Part shown: positions 49,422 through 62,491 of the stretch, piece after piece
How the letters are laid out: each line of letters opens with the position of its first letter
Numbering within the stretch: the stretch's first letter is position 1
NCBI GenBank assembly: GCA_964658305.1
Contig: OZ210885.1
Span: forward strand, 9,176,001-9,240,000
Direction: 5' to 3'
Origin: Leptogorgia sarmentosa
Taxonomy: Eukaryota
Length of the DNA stretch: 64,000 nucleotides
Notes under the pieces: generated by a model
Databases searched by the model: none
What the model was told of the DNA's origin: nothing
The model's input: only the letters and a program-made list of their open reading frames with translations
Program-made: the position numbers and the translations under genes

Positions 49422-51290
49422 TCATCATATTTTACAACGGTAAACCCTTCAGTGAATTACAACTGATTTTCAAGGGGCCGTTGCTAACTAGAAAAATTTT
49501 TACATCATACATACGAAGGATACTAAACTTACTTTACACACTAAAAATTAATTCTAAAAATACAAATGTTACGCAAGGTAATTAACTATTTACAAGATCA
49601 TTCTTCTATGGTTTTGAGAATAGCCCTAAACTGACTAACTGATGTTGCTTCTTTTGCACACTTTGGCAAATCGTTCCAAAGCGCAGCACCTGAATAGCTA
49701 AAGCTTTTTTTCAAATAATTCGTATTCGGTTTTGGGATTAAAAAATCTAATTCGTTACTGCGAAGGTTGTAGTTTTGGTTGTTGCTGATGTTGAACATAC
49801 TCGCCAGGCATTCCGGAAGATCATATCTCTTATTTTATACATAAATATTGCTCGTTTTGCTTTTCTTTGGTTTAATAACAGTTGCCATCCTAAATTTTTT
49901 AAAATTTCACTTGAACGAATTTCATAAGATTTTCCGGTTATGACTCTAGCAGCCCTGTTCTGTAATTTTTGTAATTTTTCTAAAAGATATTTACTACAAT
50001 TATCCCAAACAAGGTTGCAGTAGTCAAAATGTGGCTTTATTAGTGCACTATAAACAGTTTTTAGAGTTTCCTCGGGGACATAAGTTTTCATTCTCCTTAT
50101 CATGCCAATTCCTCTAGAAACCTTTGTAGTTATTTCGTCAATTTGTTTTTGCCATAATAATTTTTCGTCGATGACAATACCTAATGTTTTTGCTTGTTTA
50201 ACTCTTTTTATATCAGCACCATCTAGGTTTATCTTAGGATCGTCATCGATTTTTGCTAACCGCTGCCGAGAGCTAATTATCATATATTCTGTTTTCTCTT
50301 TATTAAGAGTCAATTTGTTGGACAACAGCCACGTATGAATATTTTCTAAATCGAAATTTAACTTGTTTTGTATATCTTCAATGGACTTCCCTGATGTTGT
50401 TAGATTTGTGTCATCGGCAAACATGCTAGCTACTGAGTGAGATAGGCAATTTGGGAGATCATTCACGTAAAGTAAGAATAGTAGTGGCCCTAAAGTGGAG
50501 CCTTGTGGTACACCACAGCGAATTACACGTTCCCGAGAGGTTGTACGACCAATTCTGCACGTCTGGATTCGATTTTCCAAATACGATTTAAACCAAAAAA
50601 GGGTACTATCAATGCACCCATACAGCTTTAGTTTTCTAATTAAGATATCATGATTTACACAATCGAAAGCGTTTTTAAGATCTAGGAAAATAACTCCGTT
50701 TAGGTATCCTTTGTCCATGTTAATAAACCACCTATTAGTAGAATTTAAGAGCGATGTTTCTGTTGAGTTTTTCTTCCTAAAAGCTGCTTGTTGTCGTGTG
50801 AGTATGCCCCTGTTTCCAGAAATACTGACAGTTGATATGATATAAGTTTTTCAAAGACTTTAGCCACAGCTGGCAGTACTGAAATAGGCCTATAGTTATT
50901 GCAATCTAATTTGCTTTCTGATTTAAAGATTGGTGAAATAATTGCAACCTTAAAGTCATCCGGAAAAACGCCAGTCGATAGCGATTGGTTAAATATTTTA
51001 CTTAGGCCAGTGGTTATTACCCCTGCTGAATCTTTTAAGAGTTTAGATGATATTCTATCATGGCCTGTGGCTTTAGATGAAGATAATGTGGAAACTACCC
51101 CAAACACGTCGGCCTCCGACAAATTCTGTAATTCGAAAGTATATTTATTTTGGGATTTAATATACGACTCAGGAGTTCTGGCACTTTCTGGTAATTTGTG
51201 GGCCAGAGTGGTTCCGATTTCATTAAAAAAGTTGTTAAATGAATTTGCAATTACTTCTGGCTCCTCAATAATTTTATCAAGATATGGTTT
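49386..51290 (-). mobile_element. 5'-truncated, frameshifted CR1/L2-group LINE (RT only) with (TAA)n tail, inside intron 2 of the HEPN-Death gene
   Basis: NYRPISVL, FLDLKNAFD, PQGSTLGP, FADD, KSFSYSGAALWNDLP across ORFs 50745-51122, 49747-50718, 49598-49798. Confidence 0.92.
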
Positions 51291-52614
51291 AATTTTACCT
51301 CTAATACCATTGTTGTCAACTTCCTGGACGCTGATTGGCTGAAAAGCTTCAACAACTGTGCAAATTAATCTTTAATTTGCACAGTGTGCAAATTAAACTT
51401 AATTGCACGGTTTCGAGTCCGCGATACATTATAAAAACAAATAAATAAACGCTTAAATCAACGTCAAAATTCTTGTTTTTTTTGTCATTTATTGTCAACT
51501 TTGGACAAAAAAGGTTAGTGGACGTGTACTACAATGATATTAATACGAAATTACACTTGTTCTCGAAGTATTAATGAAAAATTGCTAAAAATTGTTATTG
51601 CTATTGTTTGCACGCCAAACACGCGTGCAATTCTTCATTAATACTTCTCGAACCGTGTAATTTCCTATACAAAATCCGCTCAGAGAACACTCTATTTTAA
51701 TATCTCTATTACGTCATCTCTATTACGTCATATTTACAGTGAACTCTATATAATAATATCTGGAACGATAACATAGAGCGAAAAGTGAAGCCAACAAAAG
51801 TATCACGACAGAAGTGTTCGTCATTGTCTTCGTCATTGTCTTCGTTATAAATAAACCGACAAAAGATCGCGTCAGCGATGTCAGAAGGCATCCAGCATCG
51901 AGACACGGCAAATTGAAAGAAATTTTTCGTATTTTTTCGACTTTTTCACTCGTTTTGTTGCCAAAAAACGTTCAACGTTGTACATATTTAGTAACACTAT
52001 CCTAGAAGTAGGGGCTGCTATTTTTTAGCGACGTTTGTTGGCAAGACGTTGATTTTTTCGACTTGTTTTAGTAAGCCGTAGTAAGTCACATTATTGTTTA
52101 CTTGCCAACCTTATAATATTTATATACTAATAAATACTGCTATGGTTTACAAAGAAAAACCGTCTGAATCGGTTATCTTTCTTTTTCTGACAGCGAACGC
52201 AATGCGATAAATTTTAGGAGCAAAACAGTTTGTTCCTACAATGTATTGCATTGCGTTGGCGATATTTTTTAAATGTTTTTTTCTTGATTGCGTTCGCATT
52301 TATACTGGCCGCGTAACGGTTTGCAGAGGGGGAATGAAACTGACGTTTAAACCGCGTAAACTTGACGTTTGAGGGACTGAGGCTGACGTCCAAACCGCGT
52401 AAAAGACTAGTACCGAAGCTTCACGTTTTTCGCATTGAATGACTGAATGTTATCGTTCCAGATATATATATATATATATAGAGTTCACTGCATATTTACT
52501 TCCGCCGGTTCCGCGCGCCCCCCATACCCCATTATCTTATTAGTTATCTCATTATCTATTGTTTTAATTGCATTCGACGCGACTAAAGTTCGACGTCTGA
52601 AACAGGCCTAAAAC

Positions 52615-53740
52615 GGGCCTAAGAAGACATTAAAATCATATTTTCAAAATAATCACGATTTTATTGTCAGAAAGCAACTGGTAGTCGCAGCAGCGCGTGT
52701 GTTAAAAGCAAATCAGATAAATCTCTGACCTATGACCTTTTTAAGATTGCATACACATCGTACTTCATCGTACTGAAACTTCTGCGTCGTAATAAAATAT
52801 CCAGTTTATTTACAGTATCAGGAAACGTTAAATTTACTTTTGTATGCCTGTATATGGTTTAGTTCTTTTAGTATCGAAAATTCTGTAAATCCCCGGTAGA
52901 AACAAACAACCGCGAGGCCGGAAGACGGGAAGAGTCGAAGACGGCGAAAACAAACACGAAAGCTATAAATGCGAAAGCTCGCAAATATGTTGGCTATCAT
53001 CAACCATATTAACTAAATACGATTTAAAATTATGGCTATCTTGATGTGACGAGTTCTACTATGTAACACATCTGAGTTTACCGGCTATTTGCGATGGCAA
53101 TATCGGCCAACTAAATGTTTTAATATAATACGCACGGCGGCAGTTAACAGTAACTATTTTAAATTGTGCATGACGAGCCAAATACAAGTTTTCTACTAAT
53201 AATGATAATAAATTCAAATCTCTAGATTCATTGCTGAGATTTAAAGAACATTTAAACTGCTTTATCAACGTATTCAGACATGTTGGCCACATATTATCAT
53301 CATAGTGAATTACTGATTCACGGTCCCACTCTTAGCGTCCGCCTTATTGTGTAATTTCATTCCTCAGACATTGTGCTGAGTTGCAATTTTTGCAAAAACT
53401 GAAATTCCGGAGGGGCCTCCGCCATTGTGTACTGTATTTGGTCACTTCTTTGATCACATTTCTCATCTAACTAACTTTCGCATCGATGAGAACAACTGCA
53501 AATAATGACGAGCAATGAAATATAACTGCAATCGAATCATTTCTGTTCAAACATTCCAAGGATAATCATATCAGTCAACTACGGAGTTTCGCATTATCAG
53601 GAGAATTTGGAACGCACCACCCGGAGTTTACACTATGACTCAATGACTCAATGACTCAATGATTCAATGACTCAATGACTGATCTGAATCTTCGCCACTC
53701 GTCACAATACTGCAACGTTTCTTTGAAACTTTGCACTAAA
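52615..53740 (-). repeat. Inverted copy of the 20925-22045 dispersed repeat
   Basis: Reverse-complement similarity along its length. Confidence 0.8.
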
Positions 53741-54378
53741 ACTGATTAAACACCAACCTTGATTAGGTAGAATCACCGCCAGAGGTCCGACGTTATTTAC
53801 AGGGTAGCTTGTTGGCGATAGAAAGGGAGTAATTTCCTCTGGAAAAACAATAACAACGAATAAATGCCTGTCGTTTTTAGTAAACATTCTCCTTTGACTC
53901 AATTTGAATAGCTTCAAAAAGCTTCAAAAGATCTAAATAGCTTCAAAGGGTATAAGCTGCTGTTGTTTGTGTCTACCACCCGAAAAACGATATCTCAAAC
54001 ATATTAGTTTATAATTAGTTATTAATAAGTCGTATTGTCAAAAAATCTGTCGGGTTTGTGCATGTACCTGTAAAAGATATCTCAGGCCCAGGTCAAAGGT
54101 CAAACGTCGAACTTTTCATGAGCCGAACCCAATATTAATGAGCTAAGTTCTTTGTTTGAGCTCATTTGCATTAGGTTCGGCACATGATAATATCGACGGT
54201 TGACCTAAGAATCAAACGTAATAAAGTTTACACTCAACAGTCACATATTGATCGTTTTTGCCATCCATCTTACTCACTTTGATTTGCGTCGGACAAAATA
54301 AAAACTCAGTGAAAAGCATTGATAAAAAGTCAGAGTCATATTTTTATTATTCATGTTCTGTACGCCTTAAACTCTCAC

Positions 54379-54732
54379 CTGAAAGAGCAGTCATATTATT
54401 ATCTTCTAAAATCTGGATAAACTTTTTTACATCATTTTTATCCTCTGCTGCCCAGATTTTTATGATCTGCCCAGTTTTATATTTCTCATTTTCAATATGC
54501 CTAACTTGTTTTACAGTGAGTTGAAGCCAGTCAGCCAGGGCTTTCCAGTCCATTCCAGGAGGACCACTATCAAAATGAACACATATTCTCCGAAATATTT
54601 CATACGGAAGTTGGGCAAATCTCAATTGATTTGTACTGGAATCAGCAGGATCTATTTGTGGTAGTAGCTGGTGTGCCAATGCCGTTGTTGTGGGATGCGA
54701 TTGTGATCCTGGAATATGTGCTGGTAATAGCC
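54379..54732 (-). CDS. Exon with Death domain 1 of the HEPN-Death gene (may alternatively read through to TAA at 54347)
   Basis: Acceptor gatttag at 54733, phase 1; LPYEIFRRIC..D...DWKALADWLQL...IIKIW; donor G|gtgag at 54378. Confidence 0.85.
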
Positions 54733-55456
54733 CTAAATCATAAAATGATATTTCTATGAACCGCATGATTACATATGAGCAGTGAGCCGATGAAATTTGA
54801 ACTAAATCTCAACCTGATCTGTTTACATGACTGATTTTGTATAGTTGCAAAAGTCGTAGCAAGCAACTACTCAGTCTTATTCGCATGGCTCCCAGCGTGA
54901 GATAAAAAATTCGGGGGATGCTAGATGGCATGATATTAAGCAACCGTTAACATCGAGTAGTCCCCCCCTCACCCCCCCCCCCCCCCCCTAACTCATTCGA
55001 GTTAATGAGTGGCCGGATTACACAACTGCTCTCACAGACTTAGACAAGTTGGCCATTATAGCCAAAACATTGTCTATTGCATAGTTGGAATTTGGCAGAA
55101 AATTTAGAACACCTATGGAAGACTCACTCCTAGGAAATAAGCGTAGGTTGAGTGAAAGTGAACCGAACATTGCCGTAATAACGGCTAACTGAGGCCTTGA
55201 TAATTCTTCACATTGTGCGAAACCGAGTAGTATAATCTTTTGGAATTATAGACACATTATCTGTTCAACCGTCAGCACAGTGTGAAAGCCTGTGACAGGA
55301 CATCTTTAATTACCTGTTTTGTTTAATTACAACAGTCGAAGCTTCACATTATTCTACATGTCAACTCGAAACGAGTGGTTGCGACAATCGCATCGAGTCG
55401 CAATTTTCCGGTAGTTTCGCAGTGCCTGAAATTTTCGCTAAAGTTATCAATCTTAC

Positions 55457-56135
55457 CTTCAGTTTCATTAAGTTTTGCTTTTTCTAACATTTCTCGGATG
55501 TCGACTACATGATTCTTCACAATACTGACATCTTCTCCAATGTCATTCAGCTTTGAGATAAGATCATCATCAAGCTCTTTCCATTCTTTTAACTTTTGAA
55601 TATAATTGTCTTCTTCAGAACTGAGAGGATCTTCCTTTAATTTATCAATACCTTCTTGACGAACTCCTAAGTTTATCAAAGGTTGTGAAATTCCCTGCCA
55701 CAATGTTTCAAACTTGGTGTCGTCTAATTGAGCACTTGATATGTGACCGTAGACCTCATTTCTAAACATTTTGATCCTTACAATGTCAGCTGAGATGGAG
55801 GTATCACTAGCTAGAGGCATAACATTCCATCCTGCTGCTGGTGAAGGCAATCCACAAACATTTCGAAATAAGATAGTGAGCAACGTTATATCAAAGTTGT
55901 TTGAATCTGCTGAGCCTGATGCTGGAAAGAGTAATTTCCATTGTGCGGCGTCGATTACACTGTATCTTATCTTCTGTAAGGATTTCTTGTTTGATTTCAA
56001 AAAAGAATCCAAGGTCGAAGGCGAGGGACTTGTTTGTATTTTATCTTGCAAAACACCTTTTAACGCATCACCTCCTTTATCAATCAACAGATGACATACC
56101 CTGAAATAATTTGTCCTTGCCTTCAATGGATCCAT
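55457..56135 (-). CDS. First coding exon: DZIP3-like HEPN domain plus short coiled coil
   Basis: TNYFRVCHLLIDKG, QWKLLFP, FDITLLTILFRNVCGL, SADIVRIKMFRNEVYGH (Rx5H); ATG 56135 after acceptor at 56153; donor G|gtaag at 55456. Confidence 0.9.
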
Positions 56136-56585
56136 CTTTTTCCAGATCAATCCTAATAAAGATAGAAAATATCAACGTAAGGAAAATATGGAGAAGGTGA
56201 ATTAAATAGACTTCACAAGTAGCTTATCTCCATCTAACTTTTCGAAGATTACATGACAACCGAAGGGGTTCAGTGCAATGGCATTTATGGTTGTCTGAAA
56301 GTGAACATATCGAGCTAAAGCTGATGGTTCTTGGCGGCCTGTTGTGATGCGAATTGCCGTTAAAAATCATTCCATGTAACATCAGCTCAAAGAAAAGCCC
56401 GATGTAATATAATAAAATAATTTAAAAGATTTTATAGCCAAAAAAGGAAATCCACACGTTCAATTTTCGCGTGCTCGACATTATTTTCGTGTTATTTTGT
56501 TGAATTTCTGGCCTCTGACCTTCACGTTATAATAATAAAACGGAGTGTAACAATGAACGGGCGATTATGCAGTACTAAAAAAATG

Positions 56586-57565
56586 CAAGGGCGCCAATCC
56601 GTCCCAAAAAGTGGGGGGGGGGGGGACCATAAGCGTACGGGGTATATTTTTTCAGGGGGGGCAGAAAGATCTTTGCCAGAATTTGAGGGTAGCGAATGTC
56701 ACGAGGCGCCACCATGGTTGGCGCAGAGCGAGAAATTTTTGAACTTTTACAACCTCTTTGATTGCCGGAAACGGCGATTTCAGAGTCCTAACTCCACTTT
56801 CTTGGTACGCTCGTTCAGGCGAACGACTGGAGGATTGTTGACATTAGTTTATTCCTCAGATTTTTGCCCGAATTATGCTCAAAATCAGTGCCCGAATTTT
56901 CCAATTTGAATTTGGGGGGGGGGGGTTTCCCCCCGCCTCGTACGCATACGGGGGGGGGGGATCTGACTGTTGTAAAATAGTAATGAAACGTGCCCCTTTT
57001 TAGAAGGGTCTGGGGGCATGCTCCCCCGAAAAAGTTTGAAATTTGAAACCTCATGCACAAATGCCATTTTCGGCATTCTGGGGACGAGTTTTACTAAAAT
57101 AATTCCGCCGAATTTCTTGCCCAAATTATATGAGAATTTTTTGTCGATGTCGAATGTGTATTATTCGAATACGTACTATTTTTAATAAAACAATAAAGAT
57201 TTGAATCGCAAATAAAATAATTTCTTTAACAATTATATCAATTGTACATACAATGATCAATAAAAACAAAAGCAAATTTGAACGTGTGTACGTGGCTGAG
57301 ATCCGTTTATTGCCTTTCCAATTAGGATTTCATTCGCAGAACTATTCGAAGGCTCTGAATAGTTTTCTTCTGATCTCAGATTGTTGATTGTACTTCACAA
57401 TTCACGATGTATAGCATACAGGCATGGGGTTTTAAGATTACCAAAAAACATTTTTTTTTAAACATGATAAAAAGTGGGGGGGATAATTAGATATTTGTCC
57501 CCCCCACTTCAAAAAGTAGGGGGGGGGGGACGCGTCCCCCCATCCCCCCAGGATTGACGCCCTTG
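56586..57565. mobile_element. hAT-like MITE, 15-bp TIR caagggcg(c/t)caatcc, 8-bp TSD aaaaaatg
   Basis: TIRs and exact TSD at 56578-56585 and 57566-57573. Confidence 0.85.
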
Positions 57566-58102
57566 AAAAAATGTATAACTTGTAGGCTACCTCTGTGTAG
57601 TAATAGAAATTCAGTCTATTATTGGCAATTTTAGGTCAACGTTAAATTTACCTTTGTTCGCCTACATATATAGTTTAATTCTACTGCTGCGAAATTGAAG
57701 AATCCCTGAGTCGCCACTAATCATGTAAACAATCTAGACAAGCAACCCTGTTTTATATCTGTATCATCATGAATCATATCGTCCTATTAAGTCGGCTAAA
57801 ATGGATTACAAGGCAAAAGCGAGCAACTGGCTGAATTTGATTGTAGTAAATTATTCTTTTACATTGAATGGGAATATTTCTATAACCGTTAGGCTGCGAC
57901 TATTGCGAGAACAAATGGAAACAAACACGTTCAAATAAATGCGTGAAGCGAATATATCGGCCATTATATATCAATCGTATGAACTAAATAAGGTTTAAAA
58001 TTATGGTTTTCTTGTTGCGACGAATTTACTGCATCTGATGGCAAAGATGGAACCTGCATCTGATGGCAAAGACGGCAAACTAAAAAATGTTTGCACATTT
58101 AT

Positions 58103-58665
58103 AAAGCCCGGCGCACGCTTGAGCTATCAGCTGAGCTAACAGTCAGTCCTGACCGTTGCCTAAGCTATTTCCGCAGGTGTGCGGTGTCGTTTTCTGCGCT
58201 ATTGGCACGCGTGCCATCGGCGCAGCATATTCAACATGTTTGATAATTTGGGCAGGCGAGAAATTTTCCTCACAATGTGCGCGTGACCTGAAGAAATAGC
58301 TCACGTCTCGACGCCAATATGCATGCATGCGTTTAAAATTCCAAACCGCTAGCACTGCAGGCGCTGGTATAAAATTGCGAATCACATTCAAGATTGCGAA
58401 TGTTGATAAAACATACGATTCGAGCTCGTCAGAAGACGAAGAAACCTTGCTTTTCCTTTTACTACTGAGACGAAGGAGAAGACGTTTAAGAGCGGCAAAT
58501 CGACAGACTTGGGTAAAGTCTTGGGTTTCACGCCGCCAAACACGAGGTGCATGTGCCAATATTGTTCGGGAATTGGATTGCGAAGACCCCGAAAAGTTTC
58601 GCCAGTATCACCGGTTGGACAGAAATGCATTTCAAGAAATCTTGCATAACGAATTGCTTATATAA
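58103..58665 (+). mobile_element. PIF/Harbinger element left end with truncated transposase N-terminus
   Basis: LLLLRRRRRR..WVKSW..RR..G...IVREL..EDPEKFRQYHRLDRNAFQEIL is typical of HARBI1/ALP1-type transposase N-termini; no DDE core follows. Confidence 0.75.
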
Positions 58666-61600
58666 ACTAAGTGCCGTGTGAGGTTTTTATGTGTTCACGA
58701 AATCACAAACTAAGCAAGAGAGACATACTCCAAGTGCACGTTTATTTGGCATTTTGTTGCCGCATGATATCGTGCTTGCAAACTGGAAACAATTTCGAAA
58801 CATTCTCGTAGAGTCACCGAGTGTTAAAATGATTTTGAAAGAAAAAGCGATTCTGTATTCATTTTGTGTCACATAACTCAACGCCGTCATATCTCGCGAA
58901 CGTTCGAGCAATTCTGTTTGCGGGTTTCACTTGAATGGTGCTGGGTCGAAGAACAATATAACTGACATAACTCAGCAAGACACTCATATGTGACATTTAC
59001 GTGGGAACAGAAAGCCGCAATGATTAGATTACGGTCTGCAATAAAGATTATAAATATAACTGATAGCACAATTTATTTACATGTTTTTTTTCGGCGCTCA
59101 TTTCAGGCTAAAGTTTATGCAAATTAGGGTAAATCTTTTAAAATACAATATGAAACTGCACTACGGTCGTTGTGAAACATTCAAGATCGTTAAGGTCACA
59201 AATGACACAAAGACATTGTCAACATGCGTTTGCATGTAGAATATTTTATATATGTTTCAACTCTGATTCCAATGAAGCAATGAATTACTTGCTTTCTATG
59301 AGGTGACAGTTGATCAGTACTAAAACAATACGCAGATTCGACTTTTGGAACAAAGGCTCTTAGTTGAACTTTTGCTAAAATACAATCCTTGGTGAGTGGA
59401 TTTTCCGGTGCTCTTGATGCTATTATTCGTCAGACTATACCTAAATTAAACGATGAACTCCGACAAAAGGCGTTCGCTCCAAATATTGAAACCTATTAAT
59501 TGCATCGTTTAGGTAGTGAGCAAAACCCTTTCTGGTCTTTGCTGTTGTGATCCGCTACCTGCACTGGCGCGCCGCATATTGAATATTTCCTTACACACTA
59601 CTCGGTAAAATAATTCAGTGACAATAAATTTGATGAATTCTACTCACCACAAGACATTCTGTGTATAAACTACATGAAGCTGAAGCAAGTTGCTGTTTAA
59701 GCTTCGGGAATATTGTTGCAAAGTGCAAAGTAATGCATGTTGGGTTTCATGCAACAAAACAGTACATTGAAATGATTTCTGTCACAATAATAAGACGTCT
59801 GAACGACCAATACAAGCTTACCCTATGACGTAAAATACCAAAATGTTTTTCGCCTGACATAAGTTCGTAGCTTTACACCAGGGCACAATGCAACTCAACT
59901 TATTTTTAATCCGTCATGAATTTAAAATCATTCGGTTTTATTTTCCCTCTTCTTAGGAAATATAATTATCATAAGAATGAAAAATTAAAGACAGTTCGTA
60001 TACTAAATTTCGCAAAGATTTTGGCAGTTAAATACCCATCACAGCGAAGTACATGTTACCGTGATTTTCAAACATAAGTCATGTGGGAAAGAGTTTGGTA
60101 GATATACACGTGACAATTTTAAAACTAAAGCACATATATCTTACATTCCTTTAAACAACCCCATAGTTCGTTTACTTGCATGCTGTCAGTCAATTTAATC
60201 TGAGTCTTTGTTTTATGTTAGACGCAATCTATCAACTGTTACAGACTGAAATGTTGCCAATCATATACTATAGTTTTTTTATGAAACTTGTAAACGAACT
60301 TGCGTGAGGCAAACACTGCTAGTATTGAAGTTTGCTTTCCTTAGTTTGCTTTGAAGACTTCGTCACAACCTAATTAGTCAAGAACAGTAAATTTTCTAAC
60401 AGCGCTACAGACTGAGCGTTGCTAAGTTGCAGTTACATCGCTGAAAACCTGAGAGCAATAAAGGCCCACCTGTTGTTTGGTCCCTGGTTATTGCATGCTC
60501 AAGTCTGTATTGAATAAGCCCGAAGTGAGGATGGAGCCTGCTTTAATTGGCAATGCTCAATTCAATTTAGAATTTCAACAAACGTGCCAAGTAGCGCTGT
60601 ATGCATGACATGTCAGCGATTGAACACGCACCAGTCATATGTATGTTCACCATGATATAACCACCCAAGAATCAGTACAGATAGTAATGAAAAGCTTTAA
60701 AGCATTTATTAAATAATGATTCATGACCCAAGCTTTTATAAAAAGATCCAAATCTTGTCTAGTTTTATCAGTATCTTGTCTGAATAAATTAAATTTAATT
60801 TACAAACAAGCGCTCTTGCATGATAAATACCTTAGATAAACTAAGTTGTGATATGAGGAGTTTATGTGCAATACAAGGCTCACGAGATCGCAGATAATTA
60901 AAAGTAAGAGCGACATAGAACACCCTCACATAACCTGAGACGATTTTACGCAAATGGTAGAAGCGTAAAGGCATGTTTGTTTGTCATTGTGTTGCAACGT
61001 CATCAGATGGATATTGTGCTTTGAAAGGAAATTTGTAATATTGCATTTCCTAACGTTATTGTGCAAACTGGAAATAGTTTCAAAACCTTTTATTAGTACT
61101 CACCGAATGTTGAATTCGCAATGATATTAAAAGGGCAAACGCTTCTGTATTCAACTTGTACGACGTAAATAAATGTCGTCACATATCGAGAACGTTCTGA
61201 CAATTGTGTTTGCGGGTTTAAGTTGAATGGTGCTGGGTCTAAGAACAATATAACAGGAAGACACTCATGTGTGGAAACAGCATGTAAGTTTACATATTGA
61301 TCGGCTGTTTCTCTAGGTTGCAGTGAAACTAGACACTGAATCATGCTTGAAGTACCACTCCTAAAATTCTCAGCACAGGCTGCACAGAATATATATAATA
61401 ATAAAGTCGAAATGTATATGTCATGTCATATATCAAAGCAGTATGCTATTGTACAAGCTGTATCTTATTAATCATTTTTTCATAAAATAAGGATAAGGAT
61501 ATAATAATTCCGTATCAATGTACATGCAACTGTAAAAGAAGTTGAATACCTTTAATGTGTCTTGTATACTACACTGCAAGTCAATATCTATGAAACAAAT

Positions 61601-62491
61601 ATTTCAAACAATATTGGAAGTGTACAAAAACGTATTCAAGTTTGTGAAATATTGTACCGCACGCATCGAAGAGTCTTTGATTTTACATTCTAGGGTAATA
61701 CCATGTTTGGTATATATGCTCCACAGCAATTTTTGATCGTTAAGATCTTTCATGGAATATTTTGCCGTCCGCGTTAGATGGGTCAGCTTACAAATAGTCG
61801 GAGTGCTCCCCGATCTTTGATTTATTAATTCCACATCATACACAGTATATACAAAGTAAATCCGTTCACTTTGAGTATTGGACACTTTGACCCTAGCAAC
61901 TACATATCCCATATGTATTTCATAGTTTGTTTTTCATAGCTTGCTTATACAATATGTTCTTACAGTGAAACGTTGGCTTTCCTCTCCAAGCGCCTCTGGC
62001 CCTGTTGTCCATTGAAATCTGATCCAATATAAAAACTATAATAAAAACCCGGAGTACGTGGAAATTTCAAAAAGGTGTCCCAAGTGAAGCAATCACATCA
62101 CTTTTCCTGATGCACTTGTCTTTATTAAGGATTAACTCGTTCTTGCATTTGAATCATTTTTGTAGTTATTCCAAATATCTTTTAGAAATTACGAAGTTGC
62201 TTCAAACTCCAAAGGGCAGAAAATCGATCGTGCGCCGTTACCAAAGCTAGCTTTTTTACTCTTTGAATAGGCCAATACAGGGTGTCTTAAAAAAGTACCT
62301 GTGATTCCGGTCTGCGGCAAATGTTTAGAACCTTCCTGCTTTGCTGTGATTGATCAATTTTATAAATTCTGAATAATTTTTGCACACATTTTTGGCAAAG
62401 CGAATTTTTAACCGTTGAAATAAGCTCGGATATTTTTAACCGTTGAAATAAGCTTGAAATAAGCTTTTTAACCGAGCTGAAATAACTCGGA

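Noticed and set aside
39775..54379. Single fused gene HEPN-Death-DED-CHY-RING through compatible phase-1 splice sites
   Set aside because: Phase-compatible, but the intervening Death exon has its own stop and the large exon carries two in-frame stops; no evidence for such splicing
22432..56135. Functional link between the HEPN protein and the tRNA cluster as its target or decoy
   Set aside because: Some HEPNs cleave tRNA, but proximity of about 20 kb in an animal genome is not evidence
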